From an uncultured Solirubrobacterales bacterium (GTDB taxonomy: Bacteria; Actinomycetota; Thermoleophilia; Solirubrobacterales; Solirubrobacteraceae), in assembly GCA_963787535.1 (NCBI GenBank), contig CAWBDB010000006.1:54944-118943 (forward strand): a DNA stretch of 64,000 nt, written 5' to 3'. Each line of letters begins with the position of its first letter. Position 1 is the stretch's first letter. Positions 48,001 through 59,153 of this stretch are shown here, one piece after another. Under the pieces are notes generated by a model, which saw only the letters and a program-made list of their open reading frames with translations, was not told the origin of the DNA and searched no databases. The position numbers and the translations under genes are program-made.

Positions 48001-49232
48001 GCGCCACTGCCCCACCGCGGGAGGTGGCGGCTGAGTTCCCGGTCCTGTCCCGGGAGATCGATGGCCATCCGATCACCTATCTCGACAGCGCCGCCACATC
48101 GCAAACCCCTCAGCCGGTGATCGATGCGATGACCCGGTACTACACCGAGTGCCGCGCGTCGATTCACCGCGGCGTCTATCCCCTGGCGGTGGAGGCGACG
48201 GAGCTGTACGAGGGCGCGCGCCGGCGGATCGCCGAGTGGCTGGGCTCGAGCAGCCCGGAGACGATCTTCACCGCCAATGCCACCGCGGCCATCAATCTGG
48301 TCGCCTACACCTGGGGGCGCCAGAACGTCGGCCGCGGGGACCTGGTCGTGCTTACCGAGATGGAGCATCACTCCAACATCGTGCCCTGGCAGATCCTCTG
48401 CCAGGACCGCGGGGCCGAGCTCGCCTACGTGCCGGTGAGCGAGGACGGCTTGCTGGACCTGGATGCGCTCGACCTGCTCCTGGCCCGGGGCCCCAAGCTG
48501 GTGGCACTGGTCCATGTCTCCAACGTGCTGGGCACGATCAACCCGGTGGAGGAGATCACCCGCCGCGCGCATGAGGCCGGAGCCCGGGTGCTGATCGACG
48601 GCAGCCAGGCCGTGCCCCAGCTGCCGGTCGACCTGCGGGCGGTGGATGCCGACTTCTATGTCTGGACCGGCCACAAGGCCTACGGTCCCACCGGCATCGG
48701 CGTGCTGCACGGCCGGCGCGAGCTGCTCGAGTCGATGCCGCCGTTCATCGGCGGTGGCCACATGATCCGCACCGTGGCCGCTGAGGAGTCGACCTGGACC
48801 AACCTGCCGTGGAAGTTCGAGGCCGGCACCTCACAGATCGCTGAGGCGATCGGACTCGGAGCCGCGGTGGACTGGATCTGCGAGCTCGGCATCGAGCGGA
48901 TACGCACCCACGAGGTGGCGCTGGTAGCGCAGACGCTGGCCCGACTGGAGGCGGAGATCCCGGAGCTGGATGTGCACGGTCCGCCCGCCGCCGCCGATCG
49001 CGGCGCGCTGGTGTCGTTCACCCTGGCCGGCGCCCATCCCCACGACGTCGGCGAGATCCTGGGCCGCAGCGGTGTCTGCGTCCGCGCCGGACACCACTGC
49101 GCTCAACCGTTGATGCGCCGACTCGGGACCAGCGCCACCACCCGGGCGTCGTTTGCCGTGCACAACTCGGGCGCGGATATCGACCGGCTGCTCGAGGGCC
49201 TGGCCGAGGTGCGGCGAGTGCTGCAGCTTTAG
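47997..49232 (+). CDS. sufS: Cysteine desulfurase SufS
   Basis: [39 protein letters not shown]. Confidence 0.97.
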   Translation: MSATAPPREVAAEFPVLSREIDGHPITYLDSAATSQTPQPVIDAMTRYYTECRASIHRGVYPLAVEATELYEGARRRIAEWLGSSSPETIFTANATAAINLVAYTWGRQNVGRGDLVVLTEMEHHSNIVPWQILCQDRGAELAYVPVSEDGLLDLDALDLLLARGPKLVALVHVSNVLGTINPVEEITRRAHEAGARVLIDGSQAVPQLPVDLRAVDADFYVWTGHKAYGPTGIGVLHGRRELLESMPPFIGGGHMIRTVAAEESTWTNLPWKFEAGTSQIAEAIGLGAAVDWICELGIERIRTHEVALVAQTLARLEAEIPELDVHGPPAAADRGALVSFTLAGAHPHDVGEILGRSGVCVRAGHHCAQPLMRRLGTSATTRASFAVHNSGADIDRLLEGLAEVRRVLQL

Positions 49233-49243
49233 CCGTCGCTACC

Positions 49244-49672
49244 GTGGATCCCATGGACGATCTCTACCGCGAGAACATCCTCGATCACTACAAGCACCCG
49301 CACAACTTCACGCCGCCGGCGTCGGAGCTCGAGCGGGTGGACTTGGAGTTCCACGACCTCAACCCGCTGTGCGGCGACGAGCTGACGGTGATGCTGGCTG
49401 TCGACAGCCAGGGCACGATCGAGGACATTCGCTTCTCCGGCCACGGCTGCGCGATCTCTCAGGCCGCGGCTTCGATGACCTCCGACGAGGTCAAGGGAAT
49501 GCGGGTCCAGGACCTGCGCTCGCTGGATCGCGGCTTCGTCCTCGAGCTGCTGGGGATCGACATTTCCGCCACCCGGCTGAAGTGCGCGCTGCTGTCGTTG
49601 AAGGTGCTGAAGAGCGCGTCGCTGGGTCAGGCCGTCGACTGGGAGCCGGAGAGCGGCGCGGACGCGGCGTAG
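49244..49672 (+). CDS. sufU: SufU/IscU-type scaffold/sulfur transfer protein
   Basis: [21 protein letters not shown]. Confidence 0.93.
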   Translation: MDPMDDLYRENILDHYKHPHNFTPPASELERVDLEFHDLNPLCGDELTVMLAVDSQGTIEDIRFSGHGCAISQAAASMTSDEVKGMRVQDLRSLDRGFVLELLGIDISATRLKCALLSLKVLKSASLGQAVDWEPESGADAA

Positions 49673-49688
49673 TCGCCCGCCGGCCTCG

Positions 49689-50432
49689 CTAGGTCTGGCA
49701 CAGCGGACACCAGTAGGTGGTCCGTCCGCCAATCGTGGCCCGATGCAGAGGATGGCCGTCCCGAGGACAGGTGCCCTCACGACCGCGGGCGGCGGCAAAC
49801 GCGCCGGTGTGGGCGCCACCCCTATCGATGGCCGAGCGCAGAGCCCGGCGCAGCTGGCGACGAAGCCGGTCGAGATCCTCGAGTGACAGCTCCAAAACCG
49901 CTCGTCCCGGCGCGATCTCAGCTCGCCACAGCGCCTCGTCGGCGAGCAGGTTCCCGACCCCGGAGATCGCGTGCTGGTTGAGGAGGCGGGCCTTGACCGG
50001 GGTCCGGCCCTGGCCGATCAGCCGGCGAAACTCAGCTCGGCCCACGTCCTGGGCATCGGGACCGACGTGGGTGAAGTCGGGGTTGAGGATCGCCCGGCCC
50101 AGGCGCCGCTTGTCCCGGAGCGCGAACCCGCTGCCGTCCTCGAACTTGATCGTGAACCGATCCCAGCGTGAACTGGGCTCGGGATTCAGAACGATGTGGC
50201 CGGCCATGCCCAGATGCAGTCCCACCACCGGGCCGTGCTCGGTCTCCAGCCACAGGAACTTGCCCCGCCGGTGGGCGGTGGCGAGGACGTGGCCGGTGAG
50301 CGCGTCGGCGATCTCACCGGCGGCATGGGGCCGGCACACGTAGGCATCGCGGTCGTCGACGGCGGCGATCCGGCGCCCCAACGTGTGCTCGAGCGTCCGC
50401 CGCGCGCGCTCGACCTCGGGCAGCTCAGGCAT
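49689..50432 (-). CDS. Fpg/Nei-family DNA glycosylase
   Basis: MPELPEV, RRGK, HLGMAG, LLNQ..ISGVGN..DE, C-terminal CPRD...CPLCQ zinc finger. Confidence 0.93.
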   Translation of the reverse strand: MPELPEVERARRTLEHTLGRRIAAVDDRDAYVCRPHAAGEIADALTGHVLATAHRRGKFLWLETEHGPVVGLHLGMAGHIVLNPEPSSRWDRFTIKFEDGSGFALRDKRRLGRAILNPDFTHVGPDAQDVGRAEFRRLIGQGRTPVKARLLNQHAISGVGNLLADEALWRAEIAPGRAVLELSLEDLDRLRRQLRRALRSAIDRGGAHTGAFAAARGREGTCPRDGHPLHRATIGGRTTYWCPLCQT

Positions 50433-50473
50433 GGAGCCGATTCTGGTGCGTCCCCGTCGGTGCCGTCATGACG

Positions 50474-50590
50474 CCGTCAAGATCGCACCGCCGGGGTCGC
50501 CGATGTCCTCCGTGGTCGCTCCAATCCGTCTTGGGCGGCAATATCGCTCAGCCATTTCTCATCGGGCCCTCGATCGTGCGATTTTGACGG
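50474..50590. repeat. 117-bp segment bounded by 15-bp inverted repeats (14/15 match)
   Basis: CCGTCAAGATCGCAC (50474-50488) vs GTGCGATTTTGACGG (50576-50590). Confidence 0.75.
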
Positions 50591-50710
50591 TTTCGCTGTT
50601 CGCGACTGCGAGGCAGCTCAAGCCACGCCTTCTGCTCCGATCACGACGACGCCCGCGGCGCGCTCGCCGGGATCCGCATGAAACGATCGCTGCCGGGGAA
50701 GCTCCCGCGC

Positions 50711-52237
50711 ATGAACGTGATGCGCACCAAGCCGATCGAGCAGACGCTGGCCGAGATCGAAGAGCCCGGACAGGGGCTGCGACGCTCGCTGGGTCCGGTG
50801 CAGCTGACCGGGATCGGCATCGGCGTGATCATCGGCACCGGGATCTTCGTCCTCACCGGCGAGGCGGCGGGGACGGAGGCCGGTCCGGCGATCGCGCTCT
50901 CTTTCGTCGCCGCGGCGATTGCCTGTGGGCTGGCCGGCCTCTGCTATGCCGAGTTTGCCTCCTCGGTGCCGGTGGCCGGGTCGGCGTACACGTTCTCCTA
51001 CGCCAGCCTTGGGGAGATCGTCGCCTGGATCATCGGCTGGGACCTGATGCTGGAGCTCGCGTTCGGGGCGGCAACGGTGGCGTCGGGATGGTCGCAGTAC
51101 TTCCAGGTGGTGCTGAACTCGGCGCCGTTTCATCTGAACGTGTCGAGCTCGCTCATCGCCAACGGACACAACGTGTTCGGCGCCGGGATCGTGTTGGTGA
51201 TCACGGGACTGCTGTGCCTCGGTGTACGCACCTCGAGCACGGTCAACGCGGTGATCGTGGCCATCAAGCTGGTGATCATCCTGCTGGTGATCGTCGCCGG
51301 GCTCTCCTACGTGAAATCGAAGAACCTCCATCCGTTCATTCCACCGTCCGGCTCCAAGCCCGCACCTGGCGGCAGCTCCACCAAGACGCTGATTCAGGAC
51401 ATCGGGATCGGCCCCGGTGCCTTCGGGATCTCCGGGATCTTCAGCGGCGCCGCGCTGGTGTTCTTCGCCTTCATCGGTTTCGACGTGGTCGCCACCAACG
51501 CCGAGGAGACACGCAAGCCCCAGCGCGACCTGCCGATCGGAATCCTGCTCTCTCTGGGGATCTGCACGATCCTCTACGTCGCCGTCTCGCTGGTGCTCAC
51601 CGGGATGGTCAAGTACAACCAGATCAACTACGCCGCTCCCCTGTCGAGCGCGTTCATCTCGGTTCACCAGCACACACTGGCCACGGTCGTCGCCTACGGT
51701 GCGTTGGCCGGGATCACCTCGGTGATCCTGGTCCTGCTGATGGGCCAGAGCCGGGTGTTCTTCGCCATGAGCCGAGACCGACTGTTGCCGCCCGTGTTCT
51801 CCAGGCTCTCGGAACGGTTCGGGACCCCCTACGTGACGACGCTGATCACCGGCGTGGTCGTGGCCGCGCTCGCCTTCTTCCTGTCGTTGAAGACGTTGAG
51901 CGAGCTGGTCAACATCGGCACGCTGTTCGCATTCGTGCTGGTGTCGGTCGGGGTGATCTTCCTGCGCCGTGCCCGCCCCGACCTCGAACGTCCGTTCCGC
52001 ACCCCGCTGGTGCCGCTCGTCCCGATTCTCTCGGTGCTGGCCTCGCTGTGGCTGATGCTCAACCTCCAAGGCACCACGTGGCTGCGATTTCTCATCTGGA
52101 TGGCGGTGGGGCTGATCATCTACTTCAGCTACTCCGTGCGCCGCAGCCGGTTGGCGACCGAAGGGGAGAGCCGGGGCGGGGAGGGTCAGGCGCGACAGCC
52201 GGCCTCCACCGCCGATCCCCAGGCAGCCGGGGGCTGA
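50711..52237 (+). CDS. APC-family amino acid permease
   Basis: IGVIIGTGIF, GPA..LSF, YAEFAS.VP.AGSAY, FFAFIGFD, GQSRVFFAMSRD, NIGTLFAF. Confidence 0.93.
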   Translation: MNVMRTKPIEQTLAEIEEPGQGLRRSLGPVQLTGIGIGVIIGTGIFVLTGEAAGTEAGPAIALSFVAAAIACGLAGLCYAEFASSVPVAGSAYTFSYASLGEIVAWIIGWDLMLELAFGAATVASGWSQYFQVVLNSAPFHLNVSSSLIANGHNVFGAGIVLVITGLLCLGVRTSSTVNAVIVAIKLVIILLVIVAGLSYVKSKNLHPFIPPSGSKPAPGGSSTKTLIQDIGIGPGAFGISGIFSGAALVFFAFIGFDVVATNAEETRKPQRDLPIGILLSLGICTILYVAVSLVLTGMVKYNQINYAAPLSSAFISVHQHTLATVVAYGALAGITSVILVLLMGQSRVFFAMSRDRLLPPVFSRLSERFGTPYVTTLITGVVVAALAFFLSLKTLSELVNIGTLFAFVLVSVGVIFLRRARPDLERPFRTPLVPLVPILSVLASLWLMLNLQGTTWLRFLIWMAVGLIIYFSYSVRRSRLATEGESRGGEGQARQPASTADPQAAGG

Positions 52238-52341
52238 GCTGCTCAGCGGGTGGTGCAGGTGGCGCCCGAGGTCGCAGGCGCGGCCAGGGTGCCGAGGCGC
52301 GGCGCCGGCGCGGAGGAGGGTGACCGCTATGATCCCACTGG

Positions 52342-52366
52342 AAATCCGATCCCCACGCTAGGACTT
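52342..52366. promoter_or_regulatory. Rrf2-type operator, copy 2 (before Rieske-sufBD)
   Basis: AAATCCGAT-N7-CTAGGACTT; each half 7/9 identical to the AAATCCTAC/GTAGGATTT palindrome, same spacing as copy 1; ends 2 nt before the GTG start. Confidence 0.6.
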
Positions 52367-52368
52367 AC

Positions 52369-52686
52369 GTGCCCGAGATCATCGAAGTCTGCCCCCAGGA
52401 CCAACTCGCCCCAGGAGGTGTCCGCTTGGTGCAGTGGGAGGACCTGGAGATCGGCGTGTTCAACTGCGCCGGCACGATCTATGCGATCGAGGATCGCTGC
52501 TCCCATGACAACGGCCCGCTGGTGGAAGGCGAGCTGGATCAGGGCACGTGCACGATCGAGTGCCCGCGCCACGGTTCGCTCTTCGACCTGAGGACCGGGG
52601 CGCCCAAGACCCTGCCCGCGTACGTAGCGGTGGACACCTTCCCGGTGCTCATCGAAGACCAGAAGATCAAGCTGGAGGTGGAGTAG
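52369..52686 (+). CDS. Rieske-type ferredoxin
   Basis: CSH...[11 protein letters not shown]. Confidence 0.92.
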   Translation: MPEIIEVCPQDQLAPGGVRLVQWEDLEIGVFNCAGTIYAIEDRCSHDNGPLVEGELDQGTCTIECPRHGSLFDLRTGAPKTLPAYVAVDTFPVLIEDQKIKLEVE

Positions 52687-54140
52687 TGGCTACTCCCGAC
52701 ACGACGGTTCCCGTGGCCCCGCCGCTGAGCGAGAACGATCAGCTGCGCGACATCAACGCCGATTACACCGAGCGCTACGGCTTCCACGACGCCGAGAACT
52801 ACCTGTACAAGGCGCCCAAGGGAATCAACCGGGAGATCGTGGCCAAGATCTCGGAGTTCAAGTCCGAGCCTCAGTGGATGCGCGACTTCCGCCTCAAGGC
52901 GCTGGATCACTTCTTCGCCCGCCCGCAGCCGACCTGGGGCTCGCCGATGCTGGCCGAGGTCGACTACGACGACATCCACTACTTCGTCCGCGCCTCCGAA
53001 CGGGCCGAGCGCTCGTGGGACGACGTGCCCGAGGACGTCAAGAACACCTTCGACCGGCTCGGGATCCCCGAGGCCGAGCGGAAGTTCCTGTCCGGCGTCG
53101 GCGCCCAGTATGAGTCCGAGGTGGTCTACCACCAGGTGCGCGAGGACCTGGAGAAGCAGGGCGTGATCTTCATGGACATGGACTCGGGGCTGCGCGAGCA
53201 TGAGGACCTCGTGCGCGAGCACTTCGCCACGATCATTCCGCCCAACGACAACAAGCTGGCGTCGCTCAACTCAGCCGTGTGGTCGGGCGGATCGTTTGTC
53301 TACGTACCGCCGGGAGTGCACGTCGAGATGCCGCTGCAGGCCTACTTCCGCATCAACACTGAGTCGATGGGGCAGTTCGAGCGGACCTTGATCATCGCCG
53401 ACGAGGGCTCCTACGTGCACTACGTAGAAGGCTGCACCGCCCCGACCTACAGCGCATCATCCCTCCATTCCGCGGTCGTCGAGCTGGTCGCCAAGCCGGG
53501 GGCGCGGATTCGCTACACGACCGTCCAGAACTGGTCGGCGAACGTCTTCAACCTGGTGACCAAGCGAGCGGTCGCCCACGAGGACGCGACGGTGGAGTGG
53601 GTCGACTGCAACCTGGGCTCGAAGCTGACCATGAAGTACCCCAGCGTGTACCTGCTGGGTGAGCGCGCCCACGGGGAGATCCTGTCGATTGCGTTCGCCG
53701 GCAAGGGCCAGCATCAGGATGCCGGCGGCAAGATCATCCACGCCGCCCCCAACACAACCTCCAACATCTTCGCCAAGTCGATTTCCAAGGACGGTGGCCG
53801 CGGCTCCTATCGCGGGCTGCTGGAGATCGCCAAGGGCGCCCACGGCGCGCGCTCCAAGGTCGTCTGCGACGCGCTGCTGCTCGACGAGCAGTCGCGCTCT
53901 GACACCTACCCGACGATCAGGATCGGCGAGGACGACGTCAACGTCGGTCACGAGGCGACGGTCTCCAAGGTCGGGGAGGACCAGTTGTTCTACCTGCGCT
54001 CGCACGGCATCCCCGAGGAGGAGGCCTCCAAGCTGATCGTCAACGGCTTCATCGAGCCGATCACCAAGGAGCTCCCGATGGAGTACGCGGTGGAGATGAA
54101 CCGGCTGATCGAGCTGCAGATGGAGGGCTCGATTGGGTAG
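52686..54140 (+). CDS. sufB: Fe-S cluster assembly protein SufB
   Basis: [51 protein letters not shown]; GTG overlaps the ferredoxin stop. Confidence 0.97.
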   Translation: MATPDTTVPVAPPLSENDQLRDINADYTERYGFHDAENYLYKAPKGINREIVAKISEFKSEPQWMRDFRLKALDHFFARPQPTWGSPMLAEVDYDDIHYFVRASERAERSWDDVPEDVKNTFDRLGIPEAERKFLSGVGAQYESEVVYHQVREDLEKQGVIFMDMDSGLREHEDLVREHFATIIPPNDNKLASLNSAVWSGGSFVYVPPGVHVEMPLQAYFRINTESMGQFERTLIIADEGSYVHYVEGCTAPTYSASSLHSAVVELVAKPGARIRYTTVQNWSANVFNLVTKRAVAHEDATVEWVDCNLGSKLTMKYPSVYLLGERAHGEILSIAFAGKGQHQDAGGKIIHAAPNTTSNIFAKSISKDGGRGSYRGLLEIAKGAHGARSKVVCDALLLDEQSRSDTYPTIRIGEDDVNVGHEATVSKVGEDQLFYLRSHGIPEEEASKLIVNGFIEPITKELPMEYAVEMNRLIELQMEGSIG

Positions 54141-55380
54141 CGGTGGGACCGGTCTGCTGGCCCGGCGCCGCCAGCAGGCAACCGAGCTGATCGAGCACCT
54201 CGAGCTGCCGAGCTTCAAGGGTCGGCCGGGCTGGGAGTTCACCGACATCTCCGAGCTGGACCTTGGCGCCTACGCGCCGGCACCAGAGGATTCGGAGGCC
54301 GTCTCGGTGGAGCCGCTGTTCATCCCCCCGGCGCGGATCGAGCTGCGTCAGCTCGACGGCGGCGCCGTCACGGTCACCGGGGAGCTGCCCGAGGGCGTGA
54401 TCGTGCTCGGACTGGAGCAGGCGGCTGAGCGCCACCCCGAGCTGCTGGAAGCCCATCTGGGATCGGTGGTCAGCGATCAGGCCGACGTGTTCGTGGCCCG
54501 CAACGACGCCAGCCTGGGCGGCGGCGCGTTCGTCTATGTGCCCCGCGGGGTGGTGCTGGAGCATCCGCTGCTGCTGACTCAGGTTCAGACCCAGAGTGGC
54601 ACTGAGCTCGACCACCGCACGCTGATCGTGCTCGAGCCCGGGGCCCAGGCCGAGGTCTGGGAGCAATACCTCTCCGGCGCCGAGGATCTCGACGGGGTGT
54701 TCAACGTCGTCACCGAGCTCGTGGTCGGCGACAACGCCGGGCTCCGCTACGTCTGCGGCCAGGCGCTGTCCGAGCGCAGCTGGGTGTTCGGCACCCAGCG
54801 AGCCGAGATTGCCCGCAACGGTCGCCTGGACTGGGTCGCCCTGGGCTTCGGCTCTGCGCGCGGACGGGTGCGGATGGAGACCCGCCTGGGGGGCGAGGGT
54901 GCCGATGCCCGGGTCACCGGCGCCTACGCCAGCCATGGCCGCCAGCACATCGACTTCGATACCACCCAGGAGCACGCCGCCCCCCACACCACCTCTGATC
55001 TCGCCTTCCGGGGAGTGCTCCAGGGCCGCTCGAGCGCGGTCTGGAAGGGGAACATCATCGTCGATCCCGGCGCTCAGAAGACCGACGCGTTCCAGGAGTC
55101 TCGTAACCTGCTGATCTCAAAGCGCGCGCACGCCGACGCCATTCCCGGGCTGGAGATCCAGGCCAACGACGTCCGCTGCACCCACGCCGCCGCGGTGGCC
55201 CAGGTCGATCCCGAGCAGCTGTTCTACCTGCGCTCCCGGGGCATCAGCGAGGCCACCGCCAAGCGGCTGGTGATCGAGGGCTTCCTTTCGGCGCTGGTCG
55301 AGCGCTTCGAGCCCGGATCGATGCGTGAGGTGCTGGGTGAGGCACTCGAGCGTCGTCTCGGTGTGATCCTCGGCGATTGA
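54133..55380 (+). CDS. sufD: Fe-S cluster assembly protein SufD
   Basis: [38 protein letters not shown]. Confidence 0.95.
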   Translation: MGSGGTGLLARRRQQATELIEHLELPSFKGRPGWEFTDISELDLGAYAPAPEDSEAVSVEPLFIPPARIELRQLDGGAVTVTGELPEGVIVLGLEQAAERHPELLEAHLGSVVSDQADVFVARNDASLGGGAFVYVPRGVVLEHPLLLTQVQTQSGTELDHRTLIVLEPGAQAEVWEQYLSGAEDLDGVFNVVTELVVGDNAGLRYVCGQALSERSWVFGTQRAEIARNGRLDWVALGFGSARGRVRMETRLGGEGADARVTGAYASHGRQHIDFDTTQEHAAPHTTSDLAFRGVLQGRSSAVWKGNIIVDPGAQKTDAFQESRNLLISKRAHADAIPGLEIQANDVRCTHAAAVAQVDPEQLFYLRSRGISEATAKRLVIEGFLSALVERFEPGSMREVLGEALERRLGVILGD

Positions 55381-55429
55381 CCACTTCGGGCATGGGCGGC
55401 CCGCCGCCGGGGCCCATACGATTGCCGGC

Positions 55430-55690
55430 ATGGCCCGCATCGCCCCACTGGTCTCGCTCGGCTATGGCAAGTTCGTCCGCGCTGACCGCATCTACGCCCT
55501 GGTGCCGCTGGAGGGTCCCGATCGTGGCGACGGGCGCCGCACGCTGGTTCACGTCGAAGGCATCGACGAGGCGCTGATCGCCTCACGCTCGGAGGCGGCG
55601 ATCGCTCGGGACCTGGCGCTGGCCCTGGGCCAGAGCCCCCCGGGGGCACGAACGGGGAGGGCGGGTCCAGGACAGGAGCCGCTGTTCTGA
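55430..55690 (+). CDS. Small protein resembling RemA/DUF370
   Basis: LVSLGYGKFVRADRIYALV and DGRRTLV...LIASRSEAAIARDL match the recalled RemA pattern LINIGFGNIVSANRIIAIV...YGRRTRA...ILS....TVA.RL. Confidence 0.55.
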   Translation: MARIAPLVSLGYGKFVRADRIYALVPLEGPDRGDGRRTLVHVEGIDEALIASRSEAAIARDLALALGQSPPGARTGRAGPGQEPLF

Positions 55691-56229
55691 TGGCGAACCG
55701 ACAGGTCGCGCTCCTGCGCGGGATCAACCTCGGAGCCCACCAGCGGATCTCGATGCCGGTGCTACGCGAGCGGCTCTCTGCCGCCGGCTATCGGGATCCC
55801 GCCACCTACCTGCAGAGCGGCAACATCGTGCTCACCAGCAAGCTGGCAGCCGACGATCTCGAGCGCGAGCTGCAGGACCGGATCGCCTCGTGGTTCGAGC
55901 TCCAGGTGCCGGTCCTGGTCCGAACCGCGGCCGAGCTGGCCGAAGTCGTGGCCGCCAACCCGCTCCGCGACGTGGCCGAGAACCCCAAGCGCTACCAGGT
56001 CAGCTTTCTCTCCGGGCCGCTGGACGAGCTCGCGGCGGCGCGGCTGCGCAAGCTGGCTGTCGATCCCGAGCGGGTGGAGATCATCGGCCGCGAGGTCTAC
56101 GCCTGGCATCCCGCCGGGGTGCAGCGGTCGCGGCTGGCCAGCGCGTTGGCGAGCCGGCAGTTGGGGGTGAGCGTGACCGCCCGCAACTGGGCAACCGTCA
56201 CCGCTCTGCTGGAGCTGGCCGAGCGCTGA
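55690..56229 (+). CDS. DUF1697 domain protein
   Basis: VALLRGINLG...MP.LR, TYLQSGNIV, TARNWATV. Confidence 0.88.
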   Translation: MANRQVALLRGINLGAHQRISMPVLRERLSAAGYRDPATYLQSGNIVLTSKLAADDLERELQDRIASWFELQVPVLVRTAAELAEVVAANPLRDVAENPKRYQVSFLSGPLDELAAARLRKLAVDPERVEIIGREVYAWHPAGVQRSRLASALASRQLGVSVTARNWATVTALLELAER

Positions 56230-57065
56230 TGCATCACTACGTGATCGTTGACGTGTTCACCGACACCCCGCTGGAGGGCAACCAGCTGGCGGTGTTCCCG
56301 GACGCCGGCGACCTCGACGCCGTCCAGATGCAGCGGACCGCCAGGGAGCTGAACCTGTCTGAGACGGTGTTCGTGCTCCACCGTCAGGACGGGCAGGCGC
56401 AGATCCGGATCTTCACCCCCACAGCCGAGCTTCCGTTCGCCGGCCATCCGGTGCTGGGGACCGCGTTCGTGCTCGGTGAGCCGCTGGATGATCCTGCTGT
56501 CCACCTGAAGACGGGGGCGGGGACGGTGCCGGTGAAGCTGGAGCGCGAGGACGGGGCGATCACCTTCGGAGAGATGGAGCAGCCGGTGCCGGTGCCGGAG
56601 CCATGGACGCAGACCGACGAGCTGCTCCGCGCGCTCGGCATCGCCGATCCGGCGCTGCCGGTGCAGGCCTACCGAAACGGTCCGGTTCACGTCTACGTGG
56701 CCCTGGAAAGCGAGGAGGCGGTCAGCGCGCTGGCCCCCGACCTCGGCCGCCTGGGCCGGCTTGGCCCGATTGGCGTCAGCTGCTTTGCCGGCAGCGGGGA
56801 CCAGGTCAGGACACGAATGTTCGCCCCCGGCCTCGGGGTGGCCGAGGATCCCGCCACCGGCTCGGCGGCGGGGCCGTTGGCGGTGCATCTCGCCGGCCAC
56901 GGACGGATCGGGTTCGGGACGCGGATCAGGATCCGCCAGGGTGAGGAGATCGGGCGACCGTCGGTGCTCTACGCGCAGGTCGACGGAAGCCTCGGGCGAA
57001 TCGAACGGGTGACCGTCGGAGGCACTGCCGTGGTCGTCGCCCGAGGCGAGTACCGGCTGTGGTGA
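56229..57065 (+). CDS. PhzF-family isomerase
   Basis: VDVFT....GNQLAVF, LNLSETVF, RIFTP..ELPFAGHP, EDPATGSA; ATG overlaps upstream stop. Confidence 0.92.
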   Translation: MHHYVIVDVFTDTPLEGNQLAVFPDAGDLDAVQMQRTARELNLSETVFVLHRQDGQAQIRIFTPTAELPFAGHPVLGTAFVLGEPLDDPAVHLKTGAGTVPVKLEREDGAITFGEMEQPVPVPEPWTQTDELLRALGIADPALPVQAYRNGPVHVYVALESEEAVSALAPDLGRLGRLGPIGVSCFAGSGDQVRTRMFAPGLGVAEDPATGSAAGPLAVHLAGHGRIGFGTRIRIRQGEEIGRPSVLYAQVDGSLGRIERVTVGGTAVVVARGEYRLW

Positions 57066-57121
57066 TTGCCGGCGGCTCGGGAATCGTGGCAGCGCCGAGC
57101 TCCAGCTGAGAGGATCCCGTC

Positions 57122-59072
57122 ATGGAGCTCACCCCGCGTCAACGCCGAGCGCTGGAGGAGATCTGCGACACGTTCTGCCCGCCGACGGGCGCTGTCCCCG
57201 CGGCCCATGAGCTGGGCGTCGCCGACGCCGTGCTGGCGGCGGTGGCGCTGAACCCGCGCGAGTCAGAACGCAAGCAGCTGGCCACGCTGCTGTCGCTGTG
57301 GGACAACCCGGCGCTGGTCGCGCTCGGCGGGGTGGGGTTCAAGCGCTTCAGCGCCCTCTCCCATCAGCAGCGCGAGCGTGTCCTGCTGTCCTGGGCCGAC
57401 TCCCGCTCTCCCCAGCGCCGCGCGGTCTTCGAAGCCCTGCGCAAGGCCGCGCTGCTGTTCTACTACATGCTTCCCGGCGTGGGTAGCGCCGGCAATCCGG
57501 CCTGGGAGGCGATCGGCTACGACGGGCCGCTGGGAACCCTTCCCCAGGCCGCCCCCAAGTCGCTGCAGATGACTGCGGTGGAGGGCGATGCGAACCTGGA
57601 GTGCGACGTGGTGATCGTCGGCTCCGGCGCCGGCGGAGGCGCTGCCGCCGGCGTGCTGGCCGCGGCCGGCCTCGACGTGATCGTGATCGAGTCCGGCGAC
57701 TACTACGACGACGCCGACTTCGACGGCGCCGAGCGGACCGCGCTCACCGGCTTCTACATGGGCGCCCCCGCCGCCAGTCACGACCACAGCGTGACCCTGC
57801 TGGCCGGCTCATGCCTGGGCGGGGGGACCGTGGTCAACTACAGCACCTCGTTCCGTACGCCGGACGAGATCCGACGGGAGTGGGCAGGCGACGGCGTGCC
57901 CGCCTTCGCCGGCCCGGACTACACCCAGGCCTTGGACGCGGTGTGCGACCGGCTGGGGGTCAACCAGGAGCACAACCAGCCCTCCACCCGCGAGCAGAAG
58001 CTCCAGGAGGGTTGCGTCAAGCTCGGGTGGCACGTCGACGCCATGCCCCGCGGGGTCCGCCACTGCGCTCAGGGCAAGGAGTGTGGCTACTGTGGCCTGG
58101 GCTGCCGCGTCGGGGCCAAGCAGTCCGGGGTCAAGACCTGGCTTGCCGACGCCCATGCCGCGGGAGCGCGGATGATTGTGCGCACCCGGGTGCAGCGGGT
58201 GGTGATCGATCGCGGAGCTGCGCGGGGGATCGTCGGGCGCACGTCCGAGGGCCATCGCGTGACCGTCCGCGCCCGAGCAGTGATCGCCGCCTGCGGAGCC
58301 ATCCACACGCCGGCGCTCCTGCGTCGCTCGGGTCTGGGCAACGAGAACATCGGCCGGCACCTGAAGCTGCACCCGGCCGCGGCGATCTTCGGGGTCTTCG
58401 ACGAGGAGCTGAAGCCCTGGGAAGGCGTGATGCAGGCGCTGTACTCAGATCAGCACCGCGACCTGCATGACGGCTACGGGCTCAAGTACGAGACCGCGGC
58501 CAACCATCCCCACCTGTTCATCGGCTTCGCCCCGTGGCGGGGCGCGCGGGAGCACTTCGGGCTGATGGAGGGGCTCTCGAGCACAGTGCCGATGGGGGTG
58601 CTGCTGCGTGACCGCGACGGCGGTGAGGTCCGGATCGGCCGTGACGGCGAACCGGTGGTGCGCTACCGGCTGTCGCCATTCGACGCCGGTCATCTCCGCA
58701 CCGGGTTCGACGGCGCGGCCCAGATCTTCGAGGCCGCCGGAGCCAGACGCGTCTTCAGCTCCCAATCGAAGTGGGTCTCCTATCAGCCTGGACGCTCGGG
58801 CAGCCGGCAGCAGTTCATGGCCGATGCCGATGCGGCCGGCTACGGGTCCGGCGAGGTGCACCTGGGCTCCTTCCACATCATGGGCTCGGCGCGGATGGGC
58901 GGCTCGCGCACCACTTCGGCCTGCGATCCCAGCGGCCAGACCTGGGAGGTCAGGGACCTGTACGTGTTCGACGGGCTCAGCATTCCCGAGCGCCTCGGGC
59001 GTGAATCCGCAGATCTCGATCCAGGCGATCGCGCACATGGGCGCGCGGTCACTGGCCGCGCGGCTGGCATAG
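57122..59072 (+). CDS. GMC oxidoreductase (long-chain alcohol oxidase-like); +1 G frameshift at 58973-58975
   Basis: VGSGAGGG FAD motif, GSCLGGGTVVN, C...GYC..GC..GAKQ, SFHIMGSARMG; deleting one G restores DGSAFPSASGVNPQISI, ending at TAG 59072. Confidence 0.88.
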
Positions 59073-59153
59073 GGACGCCTCGGGGGACGGACGGGCCGGC
59101 GCTGGTCGCCCGCTCACGGGCGGCTCCGAGACGGGCGCTAACCTGCCCGCCCG

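Noticed and set aside
56229-57065. Phenazine biosynthesis cluster
   Set aside because: Only a lone PhzF-family gene; no phzA/B/D/E/G nearby. Solo PhzF homologs are widespread.
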